Source: an uncultured virus (IMG/VR IMGVR_UViG_3300044540_000246)
Taxonomy: Duplodnaviria > Heunggongvirae > Uroviricota > Caudoviricetes
DNA length: 64,000 nt
Strand: one strand, 5' to 3'
Virus record (IMG/VR): IMGVR_UViG_3300044540_000246
This document shows, piece after piece, positions 9,439 to 20,248 of this stretch. The notes beneath the pieces are model-generated. The model did not search any database and was not told the origin of the DNA. It worked only from the letters and a program-made list of their open reading frames with translations. Each line of letters starts with the position of its first letter. Position 1 is the stretch's first letter. The translations under genes and the position numbers were made by a program.

Positions 9439-10950
9439 CTACTCGCTTGCGCGGCTCGTGAGCTCGTTAAGGATCGCTTCGGCCAGCTCGCGGAGCTGCT
9501 CGCTGGTCAGGTCGGACAGGTCGCTGTCGATGTCCGGGGTCTCGGTTCCTGGCATGCTCGGCTCCGCGCCCGCGCCGCTGGTGCGGGTGACCTCTTCGCC
9601 GTTCGCGTCGAACAGGACTGCGGAGCCGTCGGCGTCGATCACGGCGCGGTACACGACCGACTGCGACTGGCCGAGGCTCGCGACCCATGCACCGTCGGCG
9701 CCGGGCACGATCTCGAACACCCGCAGGCCGGAGGCCCAGTCCGGCATCCACGAGTATTCACTCTTCATCGACTGCACGATTGCGGTGTTCGCGACCCGTG
9801 ACTGCCCGTCGGGGTACCGGTACACGGTGACCGGGTTGCGTTCGCCGAACGTCGCCGTGGTCGAGTCGATCACCGACAGGGCGACGATGCTGGTCGAGTC
9901 GCCTCGCGGGGTCAGCGGGGTGACGTAGCCGCCGTCGCGCTGGCCAAGGAACCGCAGACCGAACTCGGCCGTGTTGCCGAAGTTCGGGTCGCCTTCGTCG
10001 CCGTCGGTTGTCTCGAATCCGGACCGGCCGAAGAGGTAGTCCCAGAAGTCGCTGGTCGCGTTCATCGCGGAACGCTGCGTCGCGGCGAGGCTGATCGGAT
10101 ACACCGGGCCGGGAAGGTCGCTGGTGTCGGTGACGATGTCGATGACGCCGGTCGAACCGTCGTAGACCGCAGCCCCGTACGCCGACCACGTGGGGAACCA
10201 GAAACCGTCGAGGGACTTGAGCGGGACCACGATGCGGGGCTCGCCGTCCTCGCAGTACGCGTAGAGGTCGCCGGCGTTGAACGTGACGTTGAGGGGCACG
10301 TTCGCCAGGACGAGGTAGTCAAGGCTGTTGTGCGGGAGCAGGCCGCCGGCCTTGTGGCGGGCCTGCGCGACGTCGAACTCGCACGACGACGTCTGCGCGC
10401 TTGTTACGTTGCCGTACAACGGCACGTCGTAGAGGCGGACCGCTTCGTACCCCTCGAGGAAGCCGCGGCGCTCGACCAGCGTCGACCAAACGCCGTGGGT
10501 GCTCTCGTCGACGAGGACCTTGCTGTTGGCTGCGGTTCCGGTCGTGTCGCCGAGGTTGCGAGTCGCGGACGCGACCGCGACGTCGTACGGGGCGCGGTCG
10601 GCGAAGTCGGGCACGGCTCGGTCGACGACCTCCACGTCGGCGGTGTAAATGAGGTCGGTGTTGTATGCGAACGCGGCACCGTGTCCGATGCCGACGATGA
10701 CGACGAGGGCGGCGAGGACGCCTGCGGCGAACCTGCCGGCGGACCCTCTGCTGGCGAACGCGTACCCGGCGAGGACGGCAATGGCGATGGCGAACGTGAA
10801 GAACGCCGCACCGCCGATGAGCGCCAGGGCGGCACCGTGCAGCAGCTGCGGACCCCACAGCCAGCCCAGTAGGGCGATCGCAGGGATGGCGACGGCGAAG
10901 AGGCCGAAGAGGCTGGACCTGCCGGAGGGTGATGAGCGGTAATACGTCAA
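9439..10950 (-). CDS. Hypothetical membrane protein with large soluble domain
   Basis: Three N-terminal TM helices followed by about 400 aa soluble region. Confidence 0.8.
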   Translation of the reverse strand: MTYYRSSPSGRSSLFGLFAVAIPAIALLGWLWGPQLLHGAALALIGGAAFFTFAIAIAVLAGYAFASRGSAGRFAAGVLAALVVIVGIGHGAAFAYNTDLIYTADVEVVDRAVPDFADRAPYDVAVASATRNLGDTTGTAANSKVLVDESTHGVWSTLVERRGFLEGYEAVRLYDVPLYGNVTSAQTSSCEFDVAQARHKAGGLLPHNSLDYLVLANVPLNVTFNAGDLYAYCEDGEPRIVVPLKSLDGFWFPTWSAYGAAVYDGSTGVIDIVTDTSDLPGPVYPISLAATQRSAMNATSDFWDYLFGRSGFETTDGDEGDPNFGNTAEFGLRFLGQRDGGYVTPLTPRGDSTSIVALSVIDSTTATFGERNPVTVYRYPDGQSRVANTAIVQSMKSEYSWMPDWASGLRVFEIVPGADGAWVASLGQSQSVVYRAVIDADGSAVLFDANGEEVTRTSGAGAEPSMPGTETPDIDSDLSDLTSEQLRELAEAILNELTSRASE

Positions 10951-11088
10951 GAGGTTCCTGTCTTTCGCGACTGTTGGTACAGGGGAACTCTACGCGAGTG
11001 GCGCGACATTCAGTCTCCTCATGCTTAACCGAGAAGGGTTGCTTTGCGCGGGATCAGCCTCACGGGGTTGACCTGGTGCCAGCTGCGC

Positions 11089-12303
11089 TCAGCGACGCGC
11101 CGCGACCGCAGCGCGCAGCGCGTCGACGAGCTCGTCGGACTCCCACGACGGGACGACCTGCAGGTCGACACGGCCCAGGTGTCCGTACGCGGCCAGCGGC
11201 CGGTACGTCGTGCGGGTCGGGTCGGTGAGGCCGAGCCGGTGGATGATCGCTGCGGGCCGCAGGTCGAACACGTCACCGATCGCGGCGGCGAGGAGCTCGT
11301 CTGCGACCATCCCCGTCCCGAACGTCGTCACGTACACGCCGACGGGCGCGGCCTGCCCGATCGCGTACGCGATCTGCACCTCGCACCGGGATGCGAGGTC
11401 GCCGGCGATGACGGTCCGGGCCACGTGCCGGGCTGCATACGCGGCCGACCGGTCCACCTTCGACGGATCCTTTCCGGAGAACGCGCCGCCGCCGTGGCGC
11501 GCTGCGCCGCCGTACGTGTCAACAATGATCTTCCGGCCGGTGAGACCGGCGTCGCCGGTTGGCCCGCCGATGACGAACCGGCCCGACGGATTGATGAGCA
11601 GCTCCGCGTTGATGCTGTCCAGCCGCGGGTAGCGGGCCAGGACGGGCACAATTACGTGGTCACGGACCGCGGTCACGATCTGCTCGTGGTCTATGCCGTC
11701 GTCGTGCTGGGTCGACACGACGACGGCGTGGACCGCGACGGGGACGTCGTCGTCGTACTCGACGGTCACCTGAGTCTTCCCGTCCGGGCGCAGCCACGGC
11801 ACGGTCCCGTCCTTGCGAACCTCGGTGAGCCGTCGCGCGAGGTCGTGCGAGAGCTGGATCGGGACAGGCATGAACGTCGCAGTCTCTGCGGTCGCATACC
11901 CGAACATCAGGCCCTGGTCGCCGGCGCCCTGGCCCGCGTATGGGTCCGTCGCCGCACCGGTCCGAGCTTCAAGGGAGGTGTCGACGCCGTCGGCGATGTC
12001 CGGCGACTGCCGTCCGACCGCGACGACGACGTCGCACGTCGCCCAGTTCAAGCCCTTCGCCTCATCGTCGTATCCGATGTCGGCGATGACGTTGCGCGCG
12101 ATCTGGGTCAGGTCGACGTTCGCGGTCGTGGTGATCTCCCCGCCGAGGAACACTCGGTTCCCGGTCAGGAGCACCTCGCACGCGACCCGTCCGGCCGGGT
12201 CCTGTGCGAGGACGGCGTCAAGGACCGCGTCGGAGATCTGGTCGGCGATCTTGTCCGGGTGGCCTTCGGTGACCGACTCGGACGTGAATAGGCGGCGGGT
12301 CAT
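11089..12303 (-). CDS. metK: S-adenosylmethionine synthetase
   Basis: [44 protein letters not shown]. Confidence 0.98.
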   Translation of the reverse strand: MTRRLFTSESVTEGHPDKIADQISDAVLDAVLAQDPAGRVACEVLLTGNRVFLGGEITTTANVDLTQIARNVIADIGYDDEAKGLNWATCDVVVAVGRQSPDIADGVDTSLEARTGAATDPYAGQGAGDQGLMFGYATAETATFMPVPIQLSHDLARRLTEVRKDGTVPWLRPDGKTQVTVEYDDDVPVAVHAVVVSTQHDDGIDHEQIVTAVRDHVIVPVLARYPRLDSINAELLINPSGRFVIGGPTGDAGLTGRKIIVDTYGGAARHGGGAFSGKDPSKVDRSAAYAARHVARTVIAGDLASRCEVQIAYAIGQAAPVGVYVTTFGTGMVADELLAAAIGDVFDLRPAAIIHRLGLTDPTRTTYRPLAAYGHLGRVDLQVVPSWESDELVDALRAAVAARR

Positions 12304-12440
12304 CGGGCCCTTCTTTACTGCTCGGCACCGCAGCAGAGCGCGCGGCGCAGGTTGAGTTCCTGGGGATGCGCCCATCGGCTCGTCACGCCAGTCCCGAGCC
12401 TTACGACAGTGCCACCCAGCCCGGGCCGATATGCGCTCCC

Positions 12441-13229
12441 GTGGAGCTCATCCCCACACCTGACCTGCCCGAGGAGAAACTCGTCGGCGGGAACGTGACC
12501 CCCGACATCGTCCGCGTCGGGAACACTGTCCGCAGGCCCGCCGGAGCGTGGACTGCTTCGGTCCACGCATTCCTCACTCACCTCGCCGATGTCGGCTACG
12601 AGCATTCTCCGCGCTCATACGGCCTCGACGAGAAGGGCCGGCACGTCCTCGAGTACGTGGACGGCGAACCGGGCGCCTTCGAGATCGCTGCACCTGCTGC
12701 AGATTGTACTGCCGTCGGGCGGATGATCCGTGACCTACATGACGCCGCCGAGTCCTTCCGCCCGCCCGTCGACGCGATCTGGAACGTCGTCATTCCGCCG
12801 CCAGGAGCCGATCTGGTCGTCCATCATGACCTCGCCCCCTGGAACACCGCCTGGGACTCCCGCGCCCGCCAGGGGAAGTTCTTCGACTTCGACAACGCAG
12901 GCCCCGGCACCCGCATCTGGGACCTGGCGTACGCCGCGCACGGCTTCGCCCGCCTCAGCCCGGCGAGCACTCCCGAGCAGGCCGCCGCTAAGCTCGCCGC
13001 CCTCGCCGACGGCTACCGTCTCGACGATGCGGGAAGAGGTGAGCTCATCGACACTATCCACGCCCGAATCTTGTCAATGTTCGAGCTCCTACGTCACGGC
13101 GGCGAAGTCGGGAACGAGCCGTGGGGCCGCCTGTGGGTTAAGGGCGAAGGTGTGGTCTGGAAGGCGAACGCCGACTTCTTCGCCACCCACTACGCGACAC
13201 TCCGCGACCGGGTCGTGAACGCAGCCTGA
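12441..13229 (+). CDS. Aminoglycoside phosphotransferase-family kinase
   Basis: GGN...[23 protein letters not shown]. Confidence 0.85.
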   Translation: MELIPTPDLPEEKLVGGNVTPDIVRVGNTVRRPAGAWTASVHAFLTHLADVGYEHSPRSYGLDEKGRHVLEYVDGEPGAFEIAAPAADCTAVGRMIRDLHDAAESFRPPVDAIWNVVIPPPGADLVVHHDLAPWNTAWDSRARQGKFFDFDNAGPGTRIWDLAYAAHGFARLSPASTPEQAAAKLAALADGYRLDDAGRGELIDTIHARILSMFELLRHGGEVGNEPWGRLWVKGEGVVWKANADFFATHYATLRDRVVNAA

Positions 13230-13270
13230 ACCACTTGCCGCACAGGGGACCTGTACGGTAGGCTAGGGGC

Positions 13271-13399
13271 ATGGACCTTCCCCTTGCCTTCCCGATCGCT
13301 CTCGCTGTCGCGTGGGTCACCCTCATTACGGTGAGCCTGCTCGCCACTCCCCCGATCGGACGCCATCGCGGCGTAGCCATGCACGGCCGCGGGAAGTAG
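13271..13399 (+). CDS. Possible small membrane peptide
   Basis: 42-aa hydrophobic ORF MDLPLAFPIALAVAWVTLITVSLL after an ACAGG promoter-like motif. Confidence 0.35.
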   Translation: MDLPLAFPIALAVAWVTLITVSLLATPPIGRHRGVAMHGRGK

Positions 13400-13436
13400 A
13401 CCTTCCGGCTCGACCGAGCACTCTGCGCGGGCGCCG

Positions 13437-14318
13437 ATGCACGACCCCGTGCCCATAAATGTCGCGACCTGGAACCTTCTCCACACGGACCTCGAACACC
13501 GCGATCGCCGGATAGCGGAAGCCGTCGCGCACCTGCGCGCCGCAGCTCCGGACATCATCCTGATCCAGGAAGCCGTCGTCCGGACGGAGCCGCCCATTGA
13601 CGCAGCCGCCGAGGTCGCTGACGCACTTGGGATGGCGGTCGCTTCTCGGGCGACGACGGGCTTCGCGACCACGCCTCACTCCACGACACGCAACAGGTCC
13701 GACACGGCAGTCCTCGCTCGATGGCCCTCCATCGACCGCTTCGAGGTCTCCGTCGATGAAGACTCCTCCGCCGCCGGCGCGACCATAAAGCACCCGACCG
13801 GACGGCCGATCGTCGCACTGTCCGCGCACCTTCCGTGGGGTGGTCGACGCGAAGGTGCTCGCCTGGCCGCGGCGCAGGCGCTCGAGGTGGCTGCCGCGGC
13901 GAAGGTGGCCGACCTCGAACGCGACCAGCCTGGCACCCCTGCGCCGCTGGTCGTCCTCGGCGGTGACTTCAACGCACTGCCCAGTTCATCCACCGTCCGC
14001 TATCTGACGGGCCAGCAGCCCGCGCTGGATGGGTCGAGCGCTTTCTGGGTCGACGCGTGGGCGACGGCTCGCGGAGAAGAGGTGGGCGCGACCATCGACC
14101 CGTCGAACCCTTGGGTTAGATGGACCGCCCTCAACTCCGGCGCCTCCGACCCGTCCGCGCTCCCCGCGCGGCGCATCGACTACCTGATGGTCCGGGACTG
14201 GGTTTATGGGCGGTTCGGTCACCCTGAACGGGTCGAGCTGCTCGGCGTCGACGCGCTGACTGGCGCGATCGCCTCCGACCATTATGGCCTCGTTGTCGAA
14301 CTAGCCGCCGACCGGTGA
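13437..14318 (+). CDS. Endonuclease/exonuclease/phosphatase (EEP) family protein
   Basis: ATWNL, LIQE, GGDFN, RIDY, SDHY; true start may be GTG 13449. Confidence 0.92.
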   Translation: MHDPVPINVATWNLLHTDLEHRDRRIAEAVAHLRAAAPDIILIQEAVVRTEPPIDAAAEVADALGMAVASRATTGFATTPHSTTRNRSDTAVLARWPSIDRFEVSVDEDSSAAGATIKHPTGRPIVALSAHLPWGGRREGARLAAAQALEVAAAAKVADLERDQPGTPAPLVVLGGDFNALPSSSTVRYLTGQQPALDGSSAFWVDAWATARGEEVGATIDPSNPWVRWTALNSGASDPSALPARRIDYLMVRDWVYGRFGHPERVELLGVDALTGAIASDHYGLVVELAADR

Positions 14319-14388
14319 CAGCAGCGTACGCCGTCACCCAGTAGGGGGTGCTGCAGGAGCTGCGCGAACGATGCCTCGCCGGCGACGA

Positions 14389-14697
14389 CTAAGACCGTGA
14401 GCGGACGAGCTCGGCGATAGCCGGCGGGGCGCCGTTGTCGAGCAGGTCCCGCACGACCCCCAAGGCGGCCTGGTATCCGCGGTCAACTTCGCCCGAGGCG
14501 CCGACCCATTGGCCCAGCAGCGTGAACCGTCCCAAGATCGCCGGCGAGTACACCAACGCGTCAACACAGTCGTCGATCGCGGTCAGGTAGCCGGCGCCAT
14601 ACTCCCCATCTAGCGCCCGGCTGGCATTGGTGCGCATCTCAGCTAGATGCTCGGCAAGCGTCTCTCGGGTCATCATTGGCGGCGGAACGTACGTCAT
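14389..14697 (-). CDS. Hypothetical protein
   Basis: 102-aa ORF filling the gap. Confidence 0.6.
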   Translation of the reverse strand: MTYVPPPMMTRETLAEHLAEMRTNASRALDGEYGAGYLTAIDDCVDALVYSPAILGRFTLLGQWVGASGEVDRGYQAALGVVRDLLDNGAPPAIAELVRSRS

Positions 14698-14783
14698 GGC
14701 TGAACGTATCGGCTCGCTCGCGATGGCCGTCGCCTGCCGATGACAGCCGCGCAGGGCTGACTATGCGCAGAAAGGGAAACGAC

Positions 14784-15098
14784 GTGCCGCTACTCAAATA
14801 CGAGAACAGGGTCCTCGCCGAGCTCGCCCGCCGTCCAGCTCCACCCCTGACGCCTCGTCGCGCCGTGGAGCCCGCGCTCACCGGCGTCGCCGGCGTCGCC
14901 GGAATGCTCGCCGCCGGCGACCAGTGCGCGGGGCCGCTGCTCGGCAAGGCATCCCCTCCCGCAGTTCCGCGCGCCCAGCCAGTTCCGCGGGCGACGCCGA
15001 AGCGCCCCGCGCTCGCTCCCCTCATCGAGGTCACTGTCGGCGTCGTGGTCCTGCCGTTCCTCCTGCTACTGCCGCTCGCGTCCTTGCGGGCTCTATGA
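14784..15098 (+). CDS. Hypothetical protein with C-terminal TM helix
   Basis: AAAGGG RBS before GTG; ATGA overlap with next gene. Confidence 0.5.
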   Translation: MPLLKYENRVLAELARRPAPPLTPRRAVEPALTGVAGVAGMLAAGDQCAGPLLGKASPPAVPRAQPVPRATPKRPALAPLIEVTVGVVVLPFLLLLPLASLRAL

Positions 15099-15754
15099 CC
15101 GCCGCAGCGGACGCTGGCGCCCCGCCGGTCGATGCCCCGTTCCAATACCTGTCGCTTTTGGAGTCGATCGAGTCGACCGCGGCGGCGCTCACCGCTCGCG
15201 CACGCGAAGCCGGATATGCCGAAGCGGCATCCCTGTTCGGCTACGCAGCGACTTTCTACCAGCAGGCGACCGGCGCACAGCGCGGTTGGTCTCGGATCGA
15301 GAAGCTGCTCGAGGACGGGGCTACGGTCTGCCGCGCAGCCGGCGATGAACGGCTCGCCCGGATTGCGGAGAACTTGGCTCGGACGGTTCGAATCAGCGAC
15401 GACGACGCCGCATGGCTACCCGCGGCACGGCCCGGCATGGAACCGCTCGGCTTCGAGCGCGGCCCCGGCCTGCCCGAGATATGGCTGCCGGTAGGGGCCC
15501 AGCCTACCGCTGGCTCACCCGCCGCCGGGCTGCTGGTGTCGACCTACCGACGCTACGACCACGTAACGTTGACGATCTCGGTCGCCGACTTCGCTAACCC
15601 CGGCCGGGCCGCGTTCTTCGGCACGGCCATCTGGCGCACCGTGACGCCGGCCGGGAAGATCCCTGACCACGTCCCCGCCATCCTCGCCATCCTCAACGAC
15701 CCGGACCTGCCAGTCCTGGCCATGCTGGCGCGAGGAGCTGCTCCGGCTGGCTGA
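15095..15754 (+). CDS. Hypothetical protein
   Basis: ORF coupled to upstream stop. Confidence 0.65.
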   Translation: MTAAADAGAPPVDAPFQYLSLLESIESTAAALTARAREAGYAEAASLFGYAATFYQQATGAQRGWSRIEKLLEDGATVCRAAGDERLARIAENLARTVRISDDDAAWLPAARPGMEPLGFERGPGLPEIWLPVGAQPTAGSPAAGLLVSTYRRYDHVTLTISVADFANPGRAAFFGTAIWRTVTPAGKIPDHVPAILAILNDPDLPVLAMLARGAAPAG

Positions 15755-15765
15755 GCAGCAGCTCG

Positions 15766-16296
15766 TCAGCGTCGACGGCTCCCAACCAGCGCCCAGACCA
15801 AAGACCAGCCGGCTGCGACCACTGTCATCGCGACGGTCGCAGCACCTGGAAGCAGACCCATCAGTAGGCCATACCCGGCTCCTTCTCGCGCAGTTCCGAT
15901 CGCGACGTTCCCGACCGTCCACGCAAGCAGCAGGCCGACCAGCGGCCACGGCAGCCACCACAGGTTCACCCTCCGGTTCGCAACCACCGCCGGAGGCGGG
16001 GCTCCGTCCCGAGGGCGCGGATAGGGCACGGTGGGTGCGGCTGCCGGTCGCGGCGGATCCCAACTGGATGCCGGCGTGGCGGCCGGTAGTGGCGCGCCGG
16101 GCGCCAGGAGAACGTCCCGCGCCTCGTTTAGCTGCGACATGAGGGTCTCCGCCGTCGCACGCGCCGGCGTCCCCTCCTCCTGCAAGTCGGGGTGGGCGAG
16201 CCGAGCGCGGCCGCGGTGAGCGCCGCGGATCTCGTCCTCGGTCGCGAAAGCGGGCACGCCCAGTAGCGCAGCCGCCGCCTCACGCGACATCGACAT
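15766..16296 (-). CDS. J-domain (DnaJ-like) membrane protein
   Basis: LLGV...EIRGA...AHPD...LNEARDVL, then two TM helices. Confidence 0.85.
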   Translation of the reverse strand: MSMSREAAAALLGVPAFATEDEIRGAHRGRARLAHPDLQEEGTPARATAETLMSQLNEARDVLLAPGAPLPAATPASSWDPPRPAAAPTVPYPRPRDGAPPPAVVANRRVNLWWLPWPLVGLLLAWTVGNVAIGTAREGAGYGLLMGLLPGAATVAMTVVAAGWSLVWALVGSRRR

Positions 16297-16497
16297 CCTG
16301 ACCTCCACACTCCGGGAGCTGACGCAGGGCGTCGGCATGACGCCCACCCGGGATGTGGTCAGCAAGTAGCGCGCGGCGGCCAGGGAACCTCGAGCGCTGC
16401 CTTCGAGCGTACCCCACCGACTGAACAGCTCATCTCGGACGGCATAGAAGAGGCCGATGTCGGCCGCCGGTCGATCACAAGCAGGGGGCCCTCCTAC

Positions 16498-17514
16498 ATG
16501 TCTTCGCACGCCGCAACGCTCACCGTCACCGGCGCCGCAGATCTGGCTGCCGTTGTCCCGCACATCCTCGGCTACCCGCCGAAGCGAGCCCTCACCGTCT
16601 GCCTCCTCTCAGGCGGGACGATGCGGGAAGTCGCCGCTTTCCCCTTGCTCGGGCTGCCTACTGCCGCAGATGGCCCCGCCGCAGCTGACGACGCAGCAGC
16701 GCAAATCGTTGACGTTATCGCAGGGCCGGACGAGACGTTCGGTGAAGTCGTCCCCCTCTGGTTCCTCGACTCCACCGATCAAGACCCCGGGCATATTTCC
16801 CGCGGCCTTGCGGCCGCCGCTCTGCTGCTCGCTGCGTTGCGCCGCCAGGTCGCGGCCACAGGGCCTGCCGTCGACCACGCCGGGCTGCTCGACGGCCGCA
16901 GATGGGTGACGTCGCTGTGTAGGACCGCCGACTGCTGCATCCCGTCTGGAGGAGCAACTGCCGACGCGGCGGCCGCGTTCCGGTTCCGCCGTCCGGCGCC
17001 GCTGCCGGATCGGAGCGCACTGCTGACCGAGCTCACCGAACTGTCGTTGGAATCGACCGCTGTCGCTGCCGCGCTGACGTCCGGGCTCGAACCGCTCGAC
17101 CCCGCCGCCGCCTTCGCGCTCCTCATCCGCCGCGCAAGGACCTCCGCCGACATCGCCGCTATCCTCGCCACCCTCCGCTGCGACCAGGCCCTCATCGCTG
17201 TTGCCGCTGCCGCGTCGTCTCCCGAGTCCGGCATTCCCGGACCGGCTGTCTATGAGCTCGTACGCGCCGCAGGGCCACTCCACCGTCCCGCGGCTGCGGT
17301 CGTCGCCGGCGCCGCCTTCTGGGCCGCTGGTGACGGGCCGCGCGCTCTCACTGCCCTCGACGTCGCCGGCGACGGCGCTGCCGCGCAGCTGCTCCGCGAG
17401 ATGGTCGAGGCCGGTGTGCCGCCCGCGCGAGTCGCGCGGAACCTGGTCGCTGTTGCGGCCGGGACCGGCAACATCCTCACAGCCTGCTGTACGCCGGCCC
17501 AGACCCGCCGATAA
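16498..17514 (+). CDS. DUF4192-family protein
   Basis: ADLAAVVPHILGYPP N-terminus; WAAGDGPRA...GVPP C-terminus. Confidence 0.8.
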   Translation: MSSHAATLTVTGAADLAAVVPHILGYPPKRALTVCLLSGGTMREVAAFPLLGLPTAADGPAAADDAAAQIVDVIAGPDETFGEVVPLWFLDSTDQDPGHISRGLAAAALLLAALRRQVAATGPAVDHAGLLDGRRWVTSLCRTADCCIPSGGATADAAAAFRFRRPAPLPDRSALLTELTELSLESTAVAAALTSGLEPLDPAAAFALLIRRARTSADIAAILATLRCDQALIAVAAAASSPESGIPGPAVYELVRAAGPLHRPAAAVVAGAAFWAAGDGPRALTALDVAGDGAAAQLLREMVEAGVPPARVARNLVAVAAGTGNILTACCTPAQTRR

Positions 17515-17573
17515 CGGCACCCATCCCACGCGGACGAGCAGCGCCCGCGGACGCATCCAGGAGGTCGCCACGC

Positions 17574-17816
17574 ATGCCGCAAAGCCCGGCCGCCGACGAC
17601 GACGTCCTGTACGACTACCGCGGGCGCACGTGGGATTCCGACGCGCTGGCTCGGTATCTGCTCGTCGAGTCAGGCGAGTTCGACGACGAAGACCGCGACT
17701 TCTACGCAGGTGCGCCCCTCGACGAACTGATCGGGACCCTCGCCGGGCGTTACGGCCTGAACCCCGCCGCCCTGGACGACTTCGACACCGACGTCGTCCC
17801 CCGCCCTACGGCGTAG
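17574..17816 (+). CDS. Hypothetical acidic protein
   Basis: GGAGG RBS, 80-aa ORF. Confidence 0.65.
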   Translation: MPQSPAADDDVLYDYRGRTWDSDALARYLLVESGEFDDEDRDFYAGAPLDELIGTLAGRYGLNPAALDDFDTDVVPRPTA

Positions 17817-18066
17817 GTCGCCGGGCCCGCTCGCCGGCGACCCAGGCCAGATACTCCTCGACGAGTCCGACTATCGATGCGTGACCTTGGTTCGCCTGAC
17901 ATTCCCAGCACCACCAGGGTCCGCCGGTGGCCTGCGCGACCTCTTCCGCGGAACGAGGATGGCGTCCGCACGCCCGGCAGCGGAACCCGCTTAAAGCCCC
18001 CAGGGCCTCACCGAGCTCCTCCTCATCCGCCGCGCCGTCCAGGGCCGATTGCGGCAGTGAGGTCAC
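17806..18066 (-). CDS. Hypothetical protein, possible Zn-binding (CxxC...CxxC)
   Basis: CRAC and CWEC; follows the RNA ligase gene. Confidence 0.55.
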   Translation of the reverse strand: MTSLPQSALDGAADEEELGEALGALSGFRCRACGRHPRSAEEVAQATGGPWWCWECQANQGHASIVGLVEEYLAWVAGERARRPTP

Positions 18067-18072
18067 GGCTGA

Positions 18073-19197
18073 CTAATCGGCGCCGTTGCTCGTCGTACGA
18101 AATGTGGTCAGCGCTGGCGGCTTCACTAGCTTCCATGCGGAGTCCGTCAACGCTTCGTCGCGGCCGTCCTCGACGAGGAACAGCAGCGACGCCCGCCGCG
18201 AGCTCGTCGCCGCGAGAGCGAAATCTTTACGGCTGTAGCCCGAGTCGAGGCTGGCGACGATCGCCGCATGCTCGTCGCGCGCCCCGCAAACGATCGCGGC
18301 ATGTTCGGCCTCGAGGCGGGCGACAACGTCACGCACCCAGCCGTGGAACTCATCTGGGGCGCCGGCGAATGCCTCCGCCGGCGCAATGCCCGCCGCGAGT
18401 GCCTCCCACACGTGACGCTCGTCCGTCTGAGTCAAGATGCGGTGCAGCTTCTTGTACTCGTCCCGCTTCCACTTCACCCGCACATCCCGATCCGGCTGCC
18501 ATAACACGTAGCCTTCGGTGTTCCCGCGGTCCGCCGCAGCGAGGACCTCCCGCAGCGTCGTGTACGGCAGCACCTCCACGACCGGGCCGGGCCAGCCTGC
18601 GGTAGCAGCATCGAGCGGGACGGTCCGGCCGGTGACGATATCAACCGCGCCAAGCAGGACGAGATCCTCGAAGGGGTAGTCGACCACGACCCTGTTGTTG
18701 TCGTAGACGATCTCGAACAGATACGTCCATGCCGGGTTCGGGATGAAACGGTCCGCGTACGCAGCTTTCCATCGCTCGGTCGCCCAGACGGCCTGCTCGG
18801 ACAGGAACCGGCTACGAGTCGCGAGCGCGTGACCGCCGTCCGGCAACGGGTGCAGAATGCCGAGCGACCCGTCAAGCTTGTCGAACACGACGATCTCCTC
18901 GTCCGGGTCCAGGACGGGCGCCTGCGGCTGGTCGACGTTGAAGAACTTCGGCCATGGCCGCGCGATTACCTCGCCGGTGCCCGCATCGATGATGAGTCCG
19001 CGGCAGGCGAGAGTCGCCGGGGTCCACACCTGATCCCAGACGGCAGCATCGGTGTAGTTCGCGATCCAGTAGGGCAGGTGCGGGTGCGTTTCGATCTTCA
19101 CCAGATGCCGCTCGACCGCGTCGCGAAAGTTGGCTTCCGGGATGACGTCGGAAAGCTTCGGCCGCGCAGGCGCGAGCTCGTGGGCGTGCAACGTCAT
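18073..19197 (-). CDS. RNA ligase, T4 Rnl1-like
   Basis: CRGLIID, ARPWPKFFN, motif I KLDGSLG, FEIV, EGYV, KWK; GGAAGGA RBS. Confidence 0.92.
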   Translation of the reverse strand: MTLHAHELAPARPKLSDVIPEANFRDAVERHLVKIETHPHLPYWIANYTDAAVWDQVWTPATLACRGLIIDAGTGEVIARPWPKFFNVDQPQAPVLDPDEEIVVFDKLDGSLGILHPLPDGGHALATRSRFLSEQAVWATERWKAAYADRFIPNPAWTYLFEIVYDNNRVVVDYPFEDLVLLGAVDIVTGRTVPLDAATAGWPGPVVEVLPYTTLREVLAAADRGNTEGYVLWQPDRDVRVKWKRDEYKKLHRILTQTDERHVWEALAAGIAPAEAFAGAPDEFHGWVRDVVARLEAEHAAIVCGARDEHAAIVASLDSGYSRKDFALAATSSRRASLLFLVEDGRDEALTDSAWKLVKPPALTTFRTTSNGAD

Positions 19198-19265
19198 CGG
19201 GTTCCTTCCATTCATTGGCCGTACAGTCCCCCTGTCACGCCCTACCAGGGCCGCAATGATGGCAG

Positions 19266-20225
19266 TCACGGGGTGGTGGGGATGAACGGTGGCATCCGTT
19301 CCGGCCAGACCCGGTCGTCTGGGGTCAGCGGCTCCAGCATGTACTGGATCCCGGTGCGCTCCTCCTCGAGGCCGAGCTTGATGCGCGCCTCCCGCAGGTC
19401 GTACGCGCGGATCACGACCGGCGGGTACGCCTGGTGCGCCGCCCTCATCGCATCCCGCGCCGGTCGCTCGCCCGGCCGGAAACCTTTCTCGCGTGTCTCC
19501 GCCATCGCTTCACGCTGCAACCGCCGCATGTCCGGGGCGCCGACCGGCGCGAACTCGAAGACGAACTCGCTGCGCGTCAGCTCCCGGGCGCAGCGCCCGA
19601 ACAGGTGGAGGAACTCCTCGAACGTCAGGATGCCCTGGATCGGGTCCCCGAAGTCGACCGCCCCGCTCCAATGTGGGTTGCCGACCGGGTTGCGGCCCTC
19701 GGCCGTCAATGACAGCGACGCCTGACCGTTTCGGTAGCGGAAATAGAACGGGTGGCCGTGCCATGACCCTTCGGCCTGGAACGGAACCGCGCCGCCGTAC
19801 TCCTGGAGCACCGCGCCCGGGAACAGTGCGGCGAACCTGGCTGAGTCATACATGGAGCGCACGTCACGGATCGCGCCCCGCAGCGCCCATACCTCAACCC
19901 CGCTGTCGACGCGGCCGTTGAGGTCGAACGGATTGTGGATCTCGTCCCCGGGACGCACATCGAACGTGGCCGACGGTTCAACGGTCGCAACGGCGACGGC
20001 GAGCAGCAGCTCGGCTCCGTCGCCGCGCGGTACCGCCCAGCCCTCGATGTTCCAACGGCCGTCACCGGGGCGAGCCCGAACCGCCACTCCCGCATTCTCC
20101 GAGACGAGCTCAACGCAGCCGTCGACGGCCCGAACAACCACCGTGCTGGCGCCATCCCACGCACGCACGATCTCGTCTGGGTCGTACGACCACCCTGACC
20201 GTGGCGACTGCGCTGCTGCTGACAT
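19266..20225 (-). CDS. Hypothetical protein within RNA-repair cluster
   Basis: About 320-aa ORF between PNK and ligase; contains PFQAEG...FYFRYR segment. Confidence 0.7.
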   Translation of the reverse strand: MSAAAQSPRSGWSYDPDEIVRAWDGASTVVVRAVDGCVELVSENAGVAVRARPGDGRWNIEGWAVPRGDGAELLLAVAVATVEPSATFDVRPGDEIHNPFDLNGRVDSGVEVWALRGAIRDVRSMYDSARFAALFPGAVLQEYGGAVPFQAEGSWHGHPFYFRYRNGQASLSLTAEGRNPVGNPHWSGAVDFGDPIQGILTFEEFLHLFGRCARELTRSEFVFEFAPVGAPDMRRLQREAMAETREKGFRPGERPARDAMRAAHQAYPPVVIRAYDLREARIKLGLEEERTGIQYMLEPLTPDDRVWPERMPPFIPTTP

Positions 20226-20248
20226 GCCCTCCGTCATCGGCCGCAGGG

